Source: the human T2T-CHM13v2.0 reference genome, Homo sapiens | Assembly: GCF_009914755.1 (NCBI RefSeq) | Contig: NC_060926.1 | Reading direction: 5' to 3' (one strand) | Length of the DNA stretch: 64,000 bases | In this document: positions 1 through 13,210 of the stretch, piece by piece | Layout: each line of letters starts with the position of its first letter | Numbering within the stretch: position 1 is the stretch's first letter | Notes under the pieces: model-generated | Told to the model about the DNA's origin: nothing | The model's database searches: none | What the model saw: the letters and a program-made list of their open reading frames with translations, nothing else | Program-made: the position numbers and the translations under genes

Positions 1-730
1 TCACTCTGCAAATGGCAGTGGGGGCTCCAGTCTAAGATGTTATAATTGCCTAACTGGAGGCTACGGGCTTGTCCCCTGTGACAGACCTCCCAGCCAAGTG
101 AAATCAATAACTTTACTGACTATGTTCTTTAGCACAGGAAGGAATGTTGGGGGAAGTGGCATTGGTTGCATTGCCTGGTTTGAGGCTACCTGCAACCAAG
201 AATGTTAAGGCATTACCTTTGCCATTATGTAGCCATACTTAAGTTTGGGCAGGAACATGGTAAGGGTTATAACTTTTATAACTTACACACGGTGGGAGGA
301 TAGTGGAGTGATATGTAGTGTTACCTGGCACCTTAGTCCAATGTGTGCCATTAATAAGGGACCCCACTGGGGGTAAGTCAGTCCCTCCTAGCCAAGTAGT
401 TACATTATTAGAGGCTGGGAAAGGGGTGTCTGCCCAGGGAACAGGCCAGAAAAAAGGTGTATCTAAGAGATGGGCCCAATAGAGAGTAGCAGGTGCAGGT
501 TGCAGGCAAAGTGAGAGCATAAAAAGGATCAATATCCTATGCTAGTTGCAATGTACAACAGAGAGCATACCAAGGAACAAATTATTTGGAGTGAATGGTG
601 TCTGTGTCCAGAGCAGGATTTTCTCAGCCTCCTGAGTCATCTTTTTCAGCATCCCCCAGGTGATGTTCGGGGCTTGTGTTGTCTGAGGAAGCTGCATTGT
701 CCAGGACTGTGGGTCATGCAGGGACATTTC
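1..730 (-). pseudogene. env: env remnant (signal peptide and SU start)
   Basis: ORFs 542..832 (TWGMLKKMTQEAE..) and 239..532 (ILFMLSLCL..LYWAHLLDTPFF..NNVT..NGT..NTT sequons) resemble betaretroviral env. Confidence 0.82.
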
Positions 731-759
731 TTTCATTTCTTGTACCGGGTTGGGTCCCA

Positions 760-3190
760 GCCATGCCATGATGTGGTTTGATGCATCCTTCTGGAATCCA
801 AAGAGGACTTGAGGGAATGTGAACATAAGCATATCCTCTTCCCCATGTTAGCAAATCATTTGGACGACATCATACATTACTATTTACGTCATTCCACAAA
901 ACTGCAGGTTTTATGTCTTGAGAGGTTTTAGCAAAGTGCTTTTCTTTCTATAGCTGATTTAAATTTATTTAAATTTAATAAATTAAGGGTAAATAAGACT
1001 TGTGCTAGTAGTGTTGCAGGGTCCTTACTCATATTCCCCCTTTATTGTTTTCTGAGCATATTTTTAAGGGTGGAGTGAGGATGTTCTACTATGCCCTGTG
1101 GCCCGCCCCATAAACGCAAAAGTTAAGAGAACATATTGGGTGGACTCTCCAGGAAAAGCATGTGTGCTAATTAGGTTAGAATTGGTATCAACGGATACAT
1201 GTACATATCTTAGTTTTCCAAATTCAGGGATGTGCATAACATCTCTTTACCATAACTGATTAGGTTCTAGTCCTCTAGGGTCAATACCTATAGAGCCAGG
1301 GGATGTGCCTGTGAGCTGGCAATCTGGGCATTGCAGGATAATTTGTTTAGCTAGTCTTTGGGTAAGTTGAAATCGTTTAGTTAAGCTCCTCCAATTTTGG
1401 TGGAAAAAATTGGTGCAATTGGGTGGCTTGGTAAAGCAGTGACGTTATAACTTGCAGGTCTGCGTGATTATTGCCATAAGCCAGTGGGCCAGGTAGTGAG
1501 CTTCGGGCTCAAATATGTGTGGTAAAAATAGGATGTGTACATCGACCCAGCAGTTGCTGAAGTCATGGAAAAAGTGCACATAGGGTGGGCTTAAGAGGAG
1601 ACTAAATGAAGGCTGTTTCTAGGTTCTGTAATAAATAAACAGAGTAAGCAGAGTCACTAACAATATTGATGGGCTGAGTGGAAAAAGTTTCCAGGGGCAA
1701 TATTAAGCGTCCAACCTCAGCTCTCTGAGTGCTAGTAAATCCAGAATGAGTGAGGGTATTATGCAGTCTCCACTAAATAGCCACTTTTCCATTTTTACCA
1801 GAACCATCAGTAAAAACTGTTAAAGCATTAGGTATAGGGGAGTGAACTACTTTTGTAGGCAAAACTACAGGAGTACGAGATAAGAACTAAAGTAGTTTGT
1901 CAGCAGGAAGGGCATGCTCTATATGAAGGGCATGCTCTATAATCAGAGGGTGCTACCTGAAGGTCTAGAGATAGGGGCAATACTGCTTCAAATTGCTTTT
2001 TACTCCAAGAAATTCCGATGACATCAGGATCATAACCTAGAAACTGATTGCATCATCTATGGCCTGAATAGATGACTTTACTAACTAGCTGGATATAGGG
2101 AGATAGAGTTTTAGTCCTGGTATGTGAGCAAAAAACCCATTCTAGGAAGTGTAGCTCTGGGGCTATCTGTCCTATTAATCCTGTTGGGGAATGTTTATTA
2201 GGAAAAACAAACAATTGGACTGACTGAATATTTTGGGTTTATGCAATTTAGTTGCCTCTGGGAAATAGCTTACTCTATTTCTTCAATTTCCCTTTTTCCT
2301 GCAGGAGTTAAATACCTGGGAGAGTCTAAAGCTGTATTGCCCTTTAGGATAGAAAACAGGTTTCGCAATTTATCAGTAGTTTTGCCCAAGGTGGGGTGAA
2401 GCCAGTTAATATCGCCCAGTAATTTTTGATAATCATTTAATGTGTGTAAATTGCTAATATTTAATTTAACCTTTTGAGGTCTTACTGACTGGGAAGTTAA
2501 TATGTATCCAAGATATTTCCAAGGAGAGGACAATTGTACTTTTTCAGGTGCTATGACTAAACCTCTTAACTGTGTATTCTTTACCACAGAGGCATATAAA
2601 CTTAAAAGTACTGACTCCGTTGGGGCTGCTAGTAAAATATCATTCATAAAATGAACAATCTTGCAATTAGGAAATTATTTTCTATTGGGGAGCAAAGCCT
2701 GATTTACATGATAGTGACACATGGTAGGACTGTTTAGCATTCCTTGAGGAAGCACTTTCCAGTGAAATTGACTACCTGGCCTTTCGCTGTTGATGGCTGG
2801 TATGGTAAACGCAAATTTTTCTCTGTGCTGTTTTGCAAGGGGAACAGTATAAAAGCAATCTTTTAAGTCAATAATGATTATAGGCCAACCTTGAGGAATC
2901 GCTGCTGGGGAAGGGAGGCCCTGTTGAAGGGGCCAGGTTGCAAATTAGCATTGATAGCTGTAAGTCATGCAAAAGTCTCCATTTGCCAGACTTTTTGGGA
3001 ATGATGAAAATGGGCGAATTCCAAGGGCTGTTTGATGGTTCTATATGGCTGGCTTTTAATTGTTCCTCAACTAATTGATTGGCTCATTGTAATTTCTCTC
3101 TCTTTAAAGGCTACTGTTCTACCCAAAGAGGATTTTAAGAGAGCCACGTTAGGGGTAAGTGAGGGATAATAACAGTGGCCATTATTAGAA
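760..3190 (-). pseudogene. pol: pol remnant (RT-RNase H-IN), frameshifted
   Basis: LPQGMLNSP (~2725-2755); YMDD-equivalent reads FMND (~2640-2650); ORF 2270..2647 (PWKYLGY, TLNDYQKLLGDINWL); FTDGS ~1801-1815; CPDC ~1320-1330. Confidence 0.9.
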
Positions 3191-3209
3191 AGAGGTCTGC
3201 AGAGTGACC

Positions 3210-3791
3210 TCAATTAACCCTTTCATAAATGGGCCAGCAACTCTGTTTTCTCTAATACTTTTTCTTTTTTCCTTATGTACCTGATTGCCTCATTGATCTT
3301 GCATCCTGGGCAGGCCAAGACTTCCCATTCTAATGCCGCTTGCCTATAACAGGGTCCTGTAACTGTAGCATATCCCTTGTCTTTTTTCCAGTTTATTGGA
3401 GGAAGGGGCTCAGGCAAAACCTCTGTTTTCTCTTTGGTATTTTTGCTCATTAATGGCTGGGCTGAGGGAGAAGCAGGCAGTAAGGTAGGTGACGGTTTCT
3501 CCTCTCTTCCCTTGTTAGGCTCTTCTGTGTAGAGTGGGACCAAATCAGCCCTAACTAAAGCCCATAATGTTAGAGATGCCCTCGTGCATGATGTTATTTA
3601 AGATTTCTCCCAACTTGTTCCCGGAGCTCTATGTCTAGCATACCTTCTTCCAGGAACCATGGGTTATGGGAAACAACAGTTTGCATTAAGTCCCTTAATT
3701 GAGCCTGTGAAACCGAGTCTCCACTAGCTTTAAGCTGCTGTTTCAATATTTTTATATACTGTTGCTATTGAGCTGATAACTGTTGTCCCAT
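3210..3791 (-). pseudogene. gag: gag remnant (MA to start of CA)
   Basis: ATG at 3791-3789 gives MGQQLSAQ*QQYIKILKQQLKASG (myristoylation Gly, premature TAG); includes ORF 3223..3543; ends at GPFMKGLIE. Confidence 0.8.
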
Positions 3792-3850
3792 GATGAAACC
3801 CTAGGCTGAACAATTCCCTTGAACTTGGAAATCCCAAGCAGGCACCAATG

Positions 3851-3864
3851 ACTTACTGACTTAC
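3851..3864 (-). promoter_or_regulatory. Candidate proviral leader splice donor(s), tandem GTAAGT motifs
   Basis: Minus strand CCGTAAGTCAGTAAGTCA between the PBS and the gag ATG. Confidence 0.5.
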
Positions 3865-3923
3865 GGACTGCGTAGTCCCTTCACCTTCATTTTCCAGGGT
3901 TCCGTCATGATCCTTTGCAGCAT

Positions 3924-3942
3924 TCCTCATGTGGGGGCACCA
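3924..3942 (-). promoter_or_regulatory. Primer-binding site, tRNA-Met
   Basis: Minus strand TGGTGCCCCCACATGAGGA resembles the complement of the tRNA-Met 3' end (TGGTGCCCCGTGTGAGGA); a Met PBS is characteristic of HML-5. Confidence 0.8.
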
Positions 3943-3944
3943 CC

Positions 3945-4412
3945 GGCCAAGTCTGTCCTGCAGACTCTGGATTAGTGTTGAATGAAATAAATTCTCAGAC
4001 ACAGATATCCAGTGAAAGAGGGGTATAGGAGACTGCCGGCACTAGGGGCCGAAGACAGTTAGCAGCACCCCTAAGCAGGCAACACTCACTTTTATTTAGT
4101 ACAGATTTAATGACAAAGGCTTAGAGCAAACACAATTTGTAGGTAATAAATATTGCCAAATCCCCAAGTAGAGAGCAGTCCTGTGCACATATGATAAAAG
4201 GTTGGTTTTAGGACAACATGAGTAAACAAGCTATTTAAATAAACTCTTCTACATTCCCTTGTTATCTGCTCCTTGCTATTAGCTCAAGGTAAGAGGATTA
4301 GGCTGCCTTCAGCCATAACCCTTTCCCAAAGCTTTTGCAAAACCTTCCAGCCTTCCAAGAAGGTTTGCACCTTTCCTATAATTTTTCCCACCACCCTGAC
4401 TCATTTCCTACA
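3945..4412 (-). mobile_element. 5' LTR (LTR22-like)
   Basis: Minus strand starts TGTAGGAAATGAGTCAGGGTGGTGGGAAAAATTATAGG; AATAAA on minus at 4091-4096; ends next to the PBS. Confidence 0.82.
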
Positions 4413-4603
4413 CTGTAAAGATAGAGTATATAATGCATATAACATGCAAAATATGTGTTAAACTACTGTTTATATGATTGTTAAGTCTCCAATCAGCAAT
4501 AGACTATTAGTATATTTAAGTTTTGGGGAGTCAAAATTATAAGCAGATTTTTGACTGCATGGGAGTTGGCATTCTTAACTCCTTAGTTGTTCAAGATCAA
4601 CTA
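4413..4603 (+). mobile_element. Tigger2/MER8-type TcMar DNA transposon end, interrupted by the ERV
   Basis: TTTTGGGGAGTCAAAATTAT..GATTTTTGACTGCATGGG..GTTGTTCAAGATCAACT resembles the Tigger2 terminus/TIR. Confidence 0.7.
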
Positions 4604-4759
4604 CTTTTTCTTTATATCTATTTTAAATTTATTGTAACTGTTTCTTGTTTTATCTTCCCATAATAATATATTTGGAACAATATTATTTTTAATTAAACAG
4701 TAATAATAAATATTACTCCATTTTTTGTTTACTTTTACTGATGACAGCTTTCAGCATTA

Positions 4760-5115
4760 TCCCTTTCTCTTCCCCTTCTACTCCACACCTGAGCAAGCAC
4801 ATATGAAAGCTAGAGTGGTTTCACTTTTGGTGCTGGTAGCAAGTTCAAACAGCTTGTAGCAACCTGCAGCTAGGTGTCACTCCCTTTCCATCATTTTAAA
4901 AAAAAAAAAAAAGAACAAAAACCAAAAAAAAAGTCAGTTTCTTTTTTTTTTTAAATTTTTTCCCCTGATCTCTGAAGCCATTTGCTGACCAGCTTGGGGA
5001 TCTTGCCTTGCTTTCCCCAGAAAACTTCATTTGTGAGTATTAAATCCTTTTACTACTCTTTTGGTATGTGTGTGGTGTCATCATCCTTAATATCTGAAAC
5101 AGATTTTGAAGTTCC
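4760..5115 (+). mobile_element. Old ERVL-type LTR fragment (MER74/MER73-like)
   Basis: ATTAAATCCTTT..CTCTTTTGGTATGTGTGTGGTGTCATCA..CTGAAACAGATTTTG resembles the 3' part of these LTRs. Confidence 0.4.
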
Positions 5116-5329
5116 ATTCTACTTCTTCAACATCTTCAACAAACAATCTAATTACTAACAGATTCCTGTGTCTCAACACTAGGTATGTGATAAATTACTA
5201 ATATGTGATGAAGAGTAGTCTTTTTTATTTTGGGGCTATTTTTAGTCTAGTGAGTTCAAATAAAAATTAATTCATTAGTTAATTCATATCAAGGACTTTA
5301 ATAGAAAAGGGTAGGTATCGCATGGTGTG

Positions 5330-5525
5330 CAGTCACACTGTCCTGAATGTGAATATTTATATACCTAGTTCTTTCTAGTTTTGGCCTTAAAGGTGTTATT
5401 GACCTTCAGCATTCTTCTCTGTCAAATGTAGATGATAATATCCCTCACAAGAAAGGTTTGAGGTGGCCTAATATAAGTAAATCACATAGGGCAGGACTGA
5501 GCACATAGGCAACACAAATGTTATT
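5330..5525 (+). mobile_element. MIR SINE
   Basis: Degenerate core CTCTGTCAAATGTAGATGATAATA..GCACATAGG..AAATGTTATT. Confidence 0.6.
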
Positions 5526-5877
5526 TTGCTTTCCCTGCTGACTACAAAAGATATGTATAATATGGTGCTTACATTTATTTAAGAAATTGCATATGCAATT
5601 ATTAAATATCATAACAAGATTCATGTATATATACATTAAACTATGCTAAGCCTTTATATGTCCAGTGCTGGAGACAAGAATCAAACTTGCACAGAGTAAT
5701 GATAGAACCAACTCTCACCAACTCAGTCAGACAGGTTTTTCCTCCCAATATACTAAATCATTTATCGGCACATTCAGTATGCTAGACACTGAGTTTTATT
5801 CATTTTTTTCATTTCATCCCCACACTTTCTGTGAAGTGATGATTATGATGATGAAGATGATGGTGATAGTCCTAATG

Positions 5878-6090
5878 ATAATACTATTTACTGGCATGTG
5901 TGCTTCGAAATGCACCAAGTATTTTACATACGTAGTTAAATCCTTGTGATATTTGTGTGAAGTAGGTAATGTTATTATGCCCACTTTATAGATGAGGAAA
6001 TTGAGAGAGTCAAGTTACTTGTAAAATATTGTATGGATTGTCACCAACCAAACCAGTATTTGATTCTAAGCTGTGTTTAACTCTTGTGAC
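5878..6090 (-). mobile_element. MIR SINE
   Basis: Core ATTATGCCCACTTTATAGATGAGGAAATTGAG. Confidence 0.65.
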
Positions 6091-7612
6091 CATAAATATA
6101 ATCCTAATTCTACTACAGCAAGATAACTCAGATATTCATTTTGGCTCATTTCATGAATCACTTGAGAAATTTAAATTCCAGCATGTGGAAATATTTAATT
6201 CTGCATATATGATAACTTCACAAGTATTTCAGTAAAATGAAGCTAGAAGAAGCAGTATAAGATATATGGGAGGGTAGGCTACCAGTGGGCTATTCTGTGA
6301 TTTATGTATATTCTTGTGGAAAGGGCTGGCCTTGAGCAATGAGTAAACATCATGGCTACTCTTGTGGTGTCTGGACTCTGCTAAGGTCTTCCACCCTTGA
6401 AATTTCTCCCTGGAAGCAAAGCCTGTGAGGACAAAGAAACTTGAAAAGACAAATCCCATGGGATGGAGAAAACATCCATGTTCTAGAATACAAATGCCTC
6501 ATTCCAAACCTCTGTTAGCTATTGTTGGAAAGCTATTGTTGGAAACCTCAGGCAGGACCCAGGTTCCTGGTTAGGAATGAGAAGGGAATACTTTGAGGTG
6601 TATGAAGGAGTAAGACTGATAAGATCAATGAAACTCGTGGAAAATTTCACAAGTTTTACTTTTTTTATTGTTGAACTTATGTATTTGTTTTATTTTATGG
6701 ATCATTTAAGACTTTGTGCCCTTTTTTAAATTGGTAAGGGATGAATTGTGCTCTTTTTTAGCATAAATATAAGATGCTTGCTAATATTTATTCACTGTAA
6801 AACAGTATTAAAATTCTTCAACTGTGCAAACTATTTCTTTTGAGGTATTCTATTTTGATTTTCTTGTGTGGTCCTCCTCATCTTCCTACCTAGAAAGAAA
6901 CATAGCAGTCTTCTACTTCCTCAACATTTTGGTGGAACATACTGAGCTTTTCTTCATCTCTCTGAGACCTATTGAAAATAATACAAACATACTATTTTTC
7001 TCCCTTCAAATATTTGTGAAAAAAGTAGCTGTAATTTTTCTTAACCGACTAGTTGGAGTGGTGATATTAGTTCACTGGAAAAGTCATCTGCTGCTTCACA
7101 AATTATGTCATTAATTGGAAGAGAGCTACCCTGGCCTTTCCCACCATATTCCCCATCACTAACATTGCCACATAGGTTTAATCATATGTACCAAATGCCC
7201 CTTTGCCTTTTCTATGTCTATCCTCATGCAAACACTAAATTCTGTGCTTGCTGTGTTGAGTTAGTTCTTTCAGTCTTCAGACAAAAAATAATACCACAAA
7301 GTCCAGCTTTTTTTGCTTTTTTAAAAAATTGTACATTTAGTCCATGATTTTGAAAGTGGCTTTATAAAGATTACAAGCTGAACTATTTAAAAATTATGAG
7401 TTTCTACAAAAATTATATTGAAGTAAAGTTATTTCAGCCCTTATTCTAGAAGTTCTGTGTTATTAATGGAGATAATTCTAAGTTCTAATATTTTATCACA
7501 TGACAAATGAAGGCTCCATTAGGAATTTGGAAACCAAATTAAAAAGTCATAAAGATCAAATTTCTGTGGCCTATACTCAATGATATAAAATAAAAAACTA
7601 ACTGGGAAAGAG

Positions 7613-8023
7613 TTTTTTGTTGTTTTTTTTTTTTTTTTGAGACGGAGTCTCGCTCTGTCGCTCAGGCTGGAATGCAGTGGCGCGATCTCGGCTCGCTGCA
7701 ACCTCCGCCTTCTGGGTTCAAGCGATTTCCCTGCCTCACGGTGAGATCTTGCCTCACTGCAACCTCCGCCTCCTGGGTTCAAGCGATGTCCCTGCCTCTG
7801 CCTCCTGAGTAGCTGGGATTACAGGCACCCGCCACCACCCCCAGCTAATTTTTGTATTTTTTATTTTATTTTATTATTATTATACTTTAAGTTTTAGGGT
7901 ACATGTGCACAATGTGCAGGAGAGATAGGGTTTCACCATATTGGCCAGGCTGGTCTTGAACTCCTGACCTTGTGATTTGCCCGCCTCAACCTTCCAAAGT
8001 GCTGTGAGCCACCGCGCCCGGCC
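7613..8023 (-). mobile_element. Rearranged AluS with internal duplication and an L1 fragment
   Basis: Alu arms, T-tail, TSD TGGGAAAGA (7603-7611 and 8024-8032). Confidence 0.9.
7861..7920 (-). mobile_element. Very short L1PA 3' end inside the Alu linker
   Basis: TTATTATTATACTTTAAGTTTTAGGGTACATGTGCACAATGTGCAGG, same as the L1PA end at ~35520-35566. Confidence 0.88.
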
Positions 8024-8219
8024 TGGGAAAGAAAATTTTAATGCATATTCAAAAATTTCCTTTTTGGGAGGCAAAGTGTAAAACACTTATAAATCTAGAC
8101 GTCAGTGGTCAGTCCACTATTATTTTATTTAGATTTGAATTTACTATAGGTGATTTTTACAGCTCCATATTTAAATTTTCACAACTCAAGACATTCCTTT
8201 ATAATGCCACTGTACTGTC

Positions 8220-8978
8220 ATTTTAAAAAATTATGTTCATTGATGTACAATATTTGTACATATTTATCGAGTTCATGGAATATTTTGTTACATGCATACA
8301 ATGTGTAATAATCAAATCAAGGTAACTGGGATATTCATCACCTCAAACGTTTATCATTTTTTGTGTGTGCTGAATGCATTCTAAAACTTTTCTAATAGTT
8401 ATTTTGAAATATACAATAAATTACTGTTACCTATAGTCACCCTACTGTGCTATGGAACACTGCAACATATTTCTTCTATATGACTGCATTTTTGTGCCCA
8501 TTAACCAACCTCACTTTAAACCCCCTGGCCCCTACCCATCCAAGCTTCTGGTAACACCATTCTACTCTCTAGCTCCATGAAAGAAATACATTTTTGTAGC
8601 TACTGCATATGAGTGAAAACATGCAGTATTTTTCTTTCTGTAGCTGGCTTATTTCATTTAAAATAATGTCCTTCAGTTCTATTAATGTTGCCAGATAATG
8701 ACAGGATTTTATTTTTATGACTGAATAATATTCCATTGTGTATATAAGCCACGTTTTCTCTATCATTTATCCATTGATGAACACCTAGATTGATTTAACA
8801 TCTTTATTACTGTGAATGGTGTTGAAATAAACATGGAGGGCAGATATCTTTTCAATATCTAGATTTCCTTATTTTGGCACTGGGCAGTGAGATGGTCTGG
8901 ATCATATGGTAGTTCTATTTTTAGTTTGTGAGGAACTTCTGTACTGTTTTTCATAATAGCTATACTAAGTTACATTTT
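8220..8978 (-). mobile_element. L1MA-type 3' end
   Basis: ORF2 C-terminal remnant (YTMEYYSVIK..EISQLQKEKYCMFSLI) plus 3'UTR. Confidence 0.8.
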
Positions 8979-9477
8979 CCTTGAGCTTCCTAATTATAGC
9001 ACACTCACTGTAATGTGAAGAAGCTATACAATCTTAGACTTTTGGAAAGAAAATATTACTTATAACAGGTACATTCATTTTATTGTAGTCACCCATCACT
9101 GCTGTATGACTTCTGAGTCAGTTTTGGTTGTCATGTTACATTTTTCACACACAAATTATTTTTTTCATTTTATATTGTGGAGGAGAAAAAACACAGATGT
9201 GTATCAGAGAAAAAAAATTATAATCTAAAAATTAGAGCAGAATTGAAACAAAGATTCCCTTTAGAATAGGGATGCAGATCTCTTTTTCAGATGATAACTA
9301 AATATTGACATAATAAAATACATCAATAAAAGTAAAATTATTCCAGATTTCTTTTACAGGGGCAACTCAATAGTTCTAATTATGTCTCTTTATTTGAATG
9401 TTTAAGTAATTTATTCCAAATATTCCATTATGTAGCTTGTAAAGTCTCCTCTGCTACTGAGTCAGCTCTGCCTCCTT

Positions 9478-9851
<374 letters not shown>

Positions 9852-11639
9852 TAGTACTCTTCAACTGAATTTTAACCTTACTTTGAAATATTTATATCTG
9901 GCTTTAAGAATTTAAATGAAGACATTTTCACAGACTAATTCTAGAAATAGTGCTCTGTGTGACATTAATATTCTATAATATAATTTAGATTTCCGAGAAC
10001 TGTCTTGAATATTTGGTAATTTCAATTTGCCATTTTCTCTTACTGAAATGCATAACCACATCAGTATCACAATTTCTCTAAGGTACAATAATATAATTCA
10101 TCCAGGAGTGCCAGTCTTTTTACATTTTGCATACATTTTTTATCTTCTCCTGAGATAGACAGGTTTTAGTTTTAAGTTGTGATAACCATCATATTTGTCT
10201 TCATGATATATCAGAAATTTCAAAAAATACCCTTTAAAGCAGACTGATTATCACTGATTTTGATAAATGTATATATATTAGAGACAGCCAGAACTGAGAA
10301 CTATACATTTTGGATGTAATGTCTGAATTTTCCTTTTGGCAACACAGATTATATTTCACAAAGAAGATTAACCCTTTCAATAAATTTATGTTTGAAACTG
10401 ACTCTTAAATTTTCTGTAAAGAAAACTGAATTAATATTTTATGTTCAAACAGGGAAATGCTGATGGTAGTCTCTCCTGTCTCTTATAAAACCATATGCTG
10501 AATAATAGTATAAGTTAATAGATTTTGGTCCTTTTTAGATAATGAAGGCACATTGCTGAGCGTGCATACAAGACACATATGTTCACAAGCCCACCTTATT
10601 GCTTCATTAATGGGCAGGAAGTATCCAAAGAAGAACATTTTTATTAAATAAAAACAAAGAAACAGACAAGGTCCTTTAATGACCTTGCTGGGATTCATTG
10701 CCTACTAGAAATGTTAACTCTTCACACAGATCCCATCTCAGTCTAGAATCTGCGCTAATAGTCCTAGAGCCCCAGGAACAGTTACTCATTAGTTCTATGT
10801 GCACTTGCCAAAATGTTGTCTTACTTGACCGTTGCTCTTTCCATATTCCAATTGCAGGCTTATTTTTTTGACAGTTATCAACTCTTTCACCAACCTAGGA
10901 AACGTTTGGAATAGAAACACAACAATGAGTGAATAAATCGTTAAAATATAACATAGGAAGGGCAAAAACAATGAATATTAAGTGTATAAATAAAAAACCT
11001 AGGAGTAGGGGAATTCAAATAACTTCCCAAACTCAGAGAGAATAGAAATATTAGCTGAAGTTCAAATGCACATATCACTGAGGAATTCCTTACACAACAG
11101 CATATCCAGAAAAATTTTATTGTGATTCTGAAAAAGTGTTACAACTTATTATAGCCTTCAGTTTGTAGCATTTACTATGCGATTTCATTAGTTGTCATAT
11201 TTTAGAAACACGCTGACTGAAAGGGACAGACACTTTAATTTCAAATAATATCTGATCAATTGTACAAGAAAAATAATGTGCTACTGAGGGTTATGTAAGA
11301 GCATAAATAATAAATATAGGTAATGGTTTTAGAAGATTGTGAATTCTTGGAAATCTTTCTTCCTGTCTAGGAGTAGGCCTAAATTCTAAGGCAATTGAAT
11401 AAAATTTATTTAAAGTATTCCTCTTTAAGTAAAATAAGATTTTCATAAGCGTATGTTAATGATTGACTGAGCATAAATAATATCACCATAATAGGAATAT
11501 ACATTAGGGACTGATACATCTTTAAGGAAGAGTATGGAAATAGTATATTTTCTCATTCATCAATTTCACATGTTTAATAACATTTGTTATTCTTGAAATG
11601 TGTCAACTTCTTTCTGGAACTACTTGCAGGCAATAGTTT

Positions 11640-13210
<1,571 letters not shown>

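Larger units (their letters stand above)
1..4412 (-). mobile_element. Endogenous betaretrovirus-like provirus, HERV-K(HML-5)/HERVK22 type, internally deleted; 3' part runs off the window
   Basis: On the minus strand, in order: LTR, tRNA-Met PBS, gag start MGQQLSAQ, RT ([25 protein letters not shown]), RNase H (TVFTDGS), integrase HHCC (HQFFH..CPDC), env leader/SU (YWAHLLD.PFF). Confidence 0.88.

Noticed and set aside
239-832. Domesticated (syncytin-like) env
   Set aside because: Broken into short ORFs by frameshifts and stops
6517-6544. 14-bp tandem duplication AGCTATTGTTGGAA
   Set aside because: Common micro-duplication with no further context
5445-7347. Short ORFs in non-repeat-looking sequence
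   Set aside because: No recognisable domains, AT-rich composition, overlap MIR or (GAT)n, no supported exon structure
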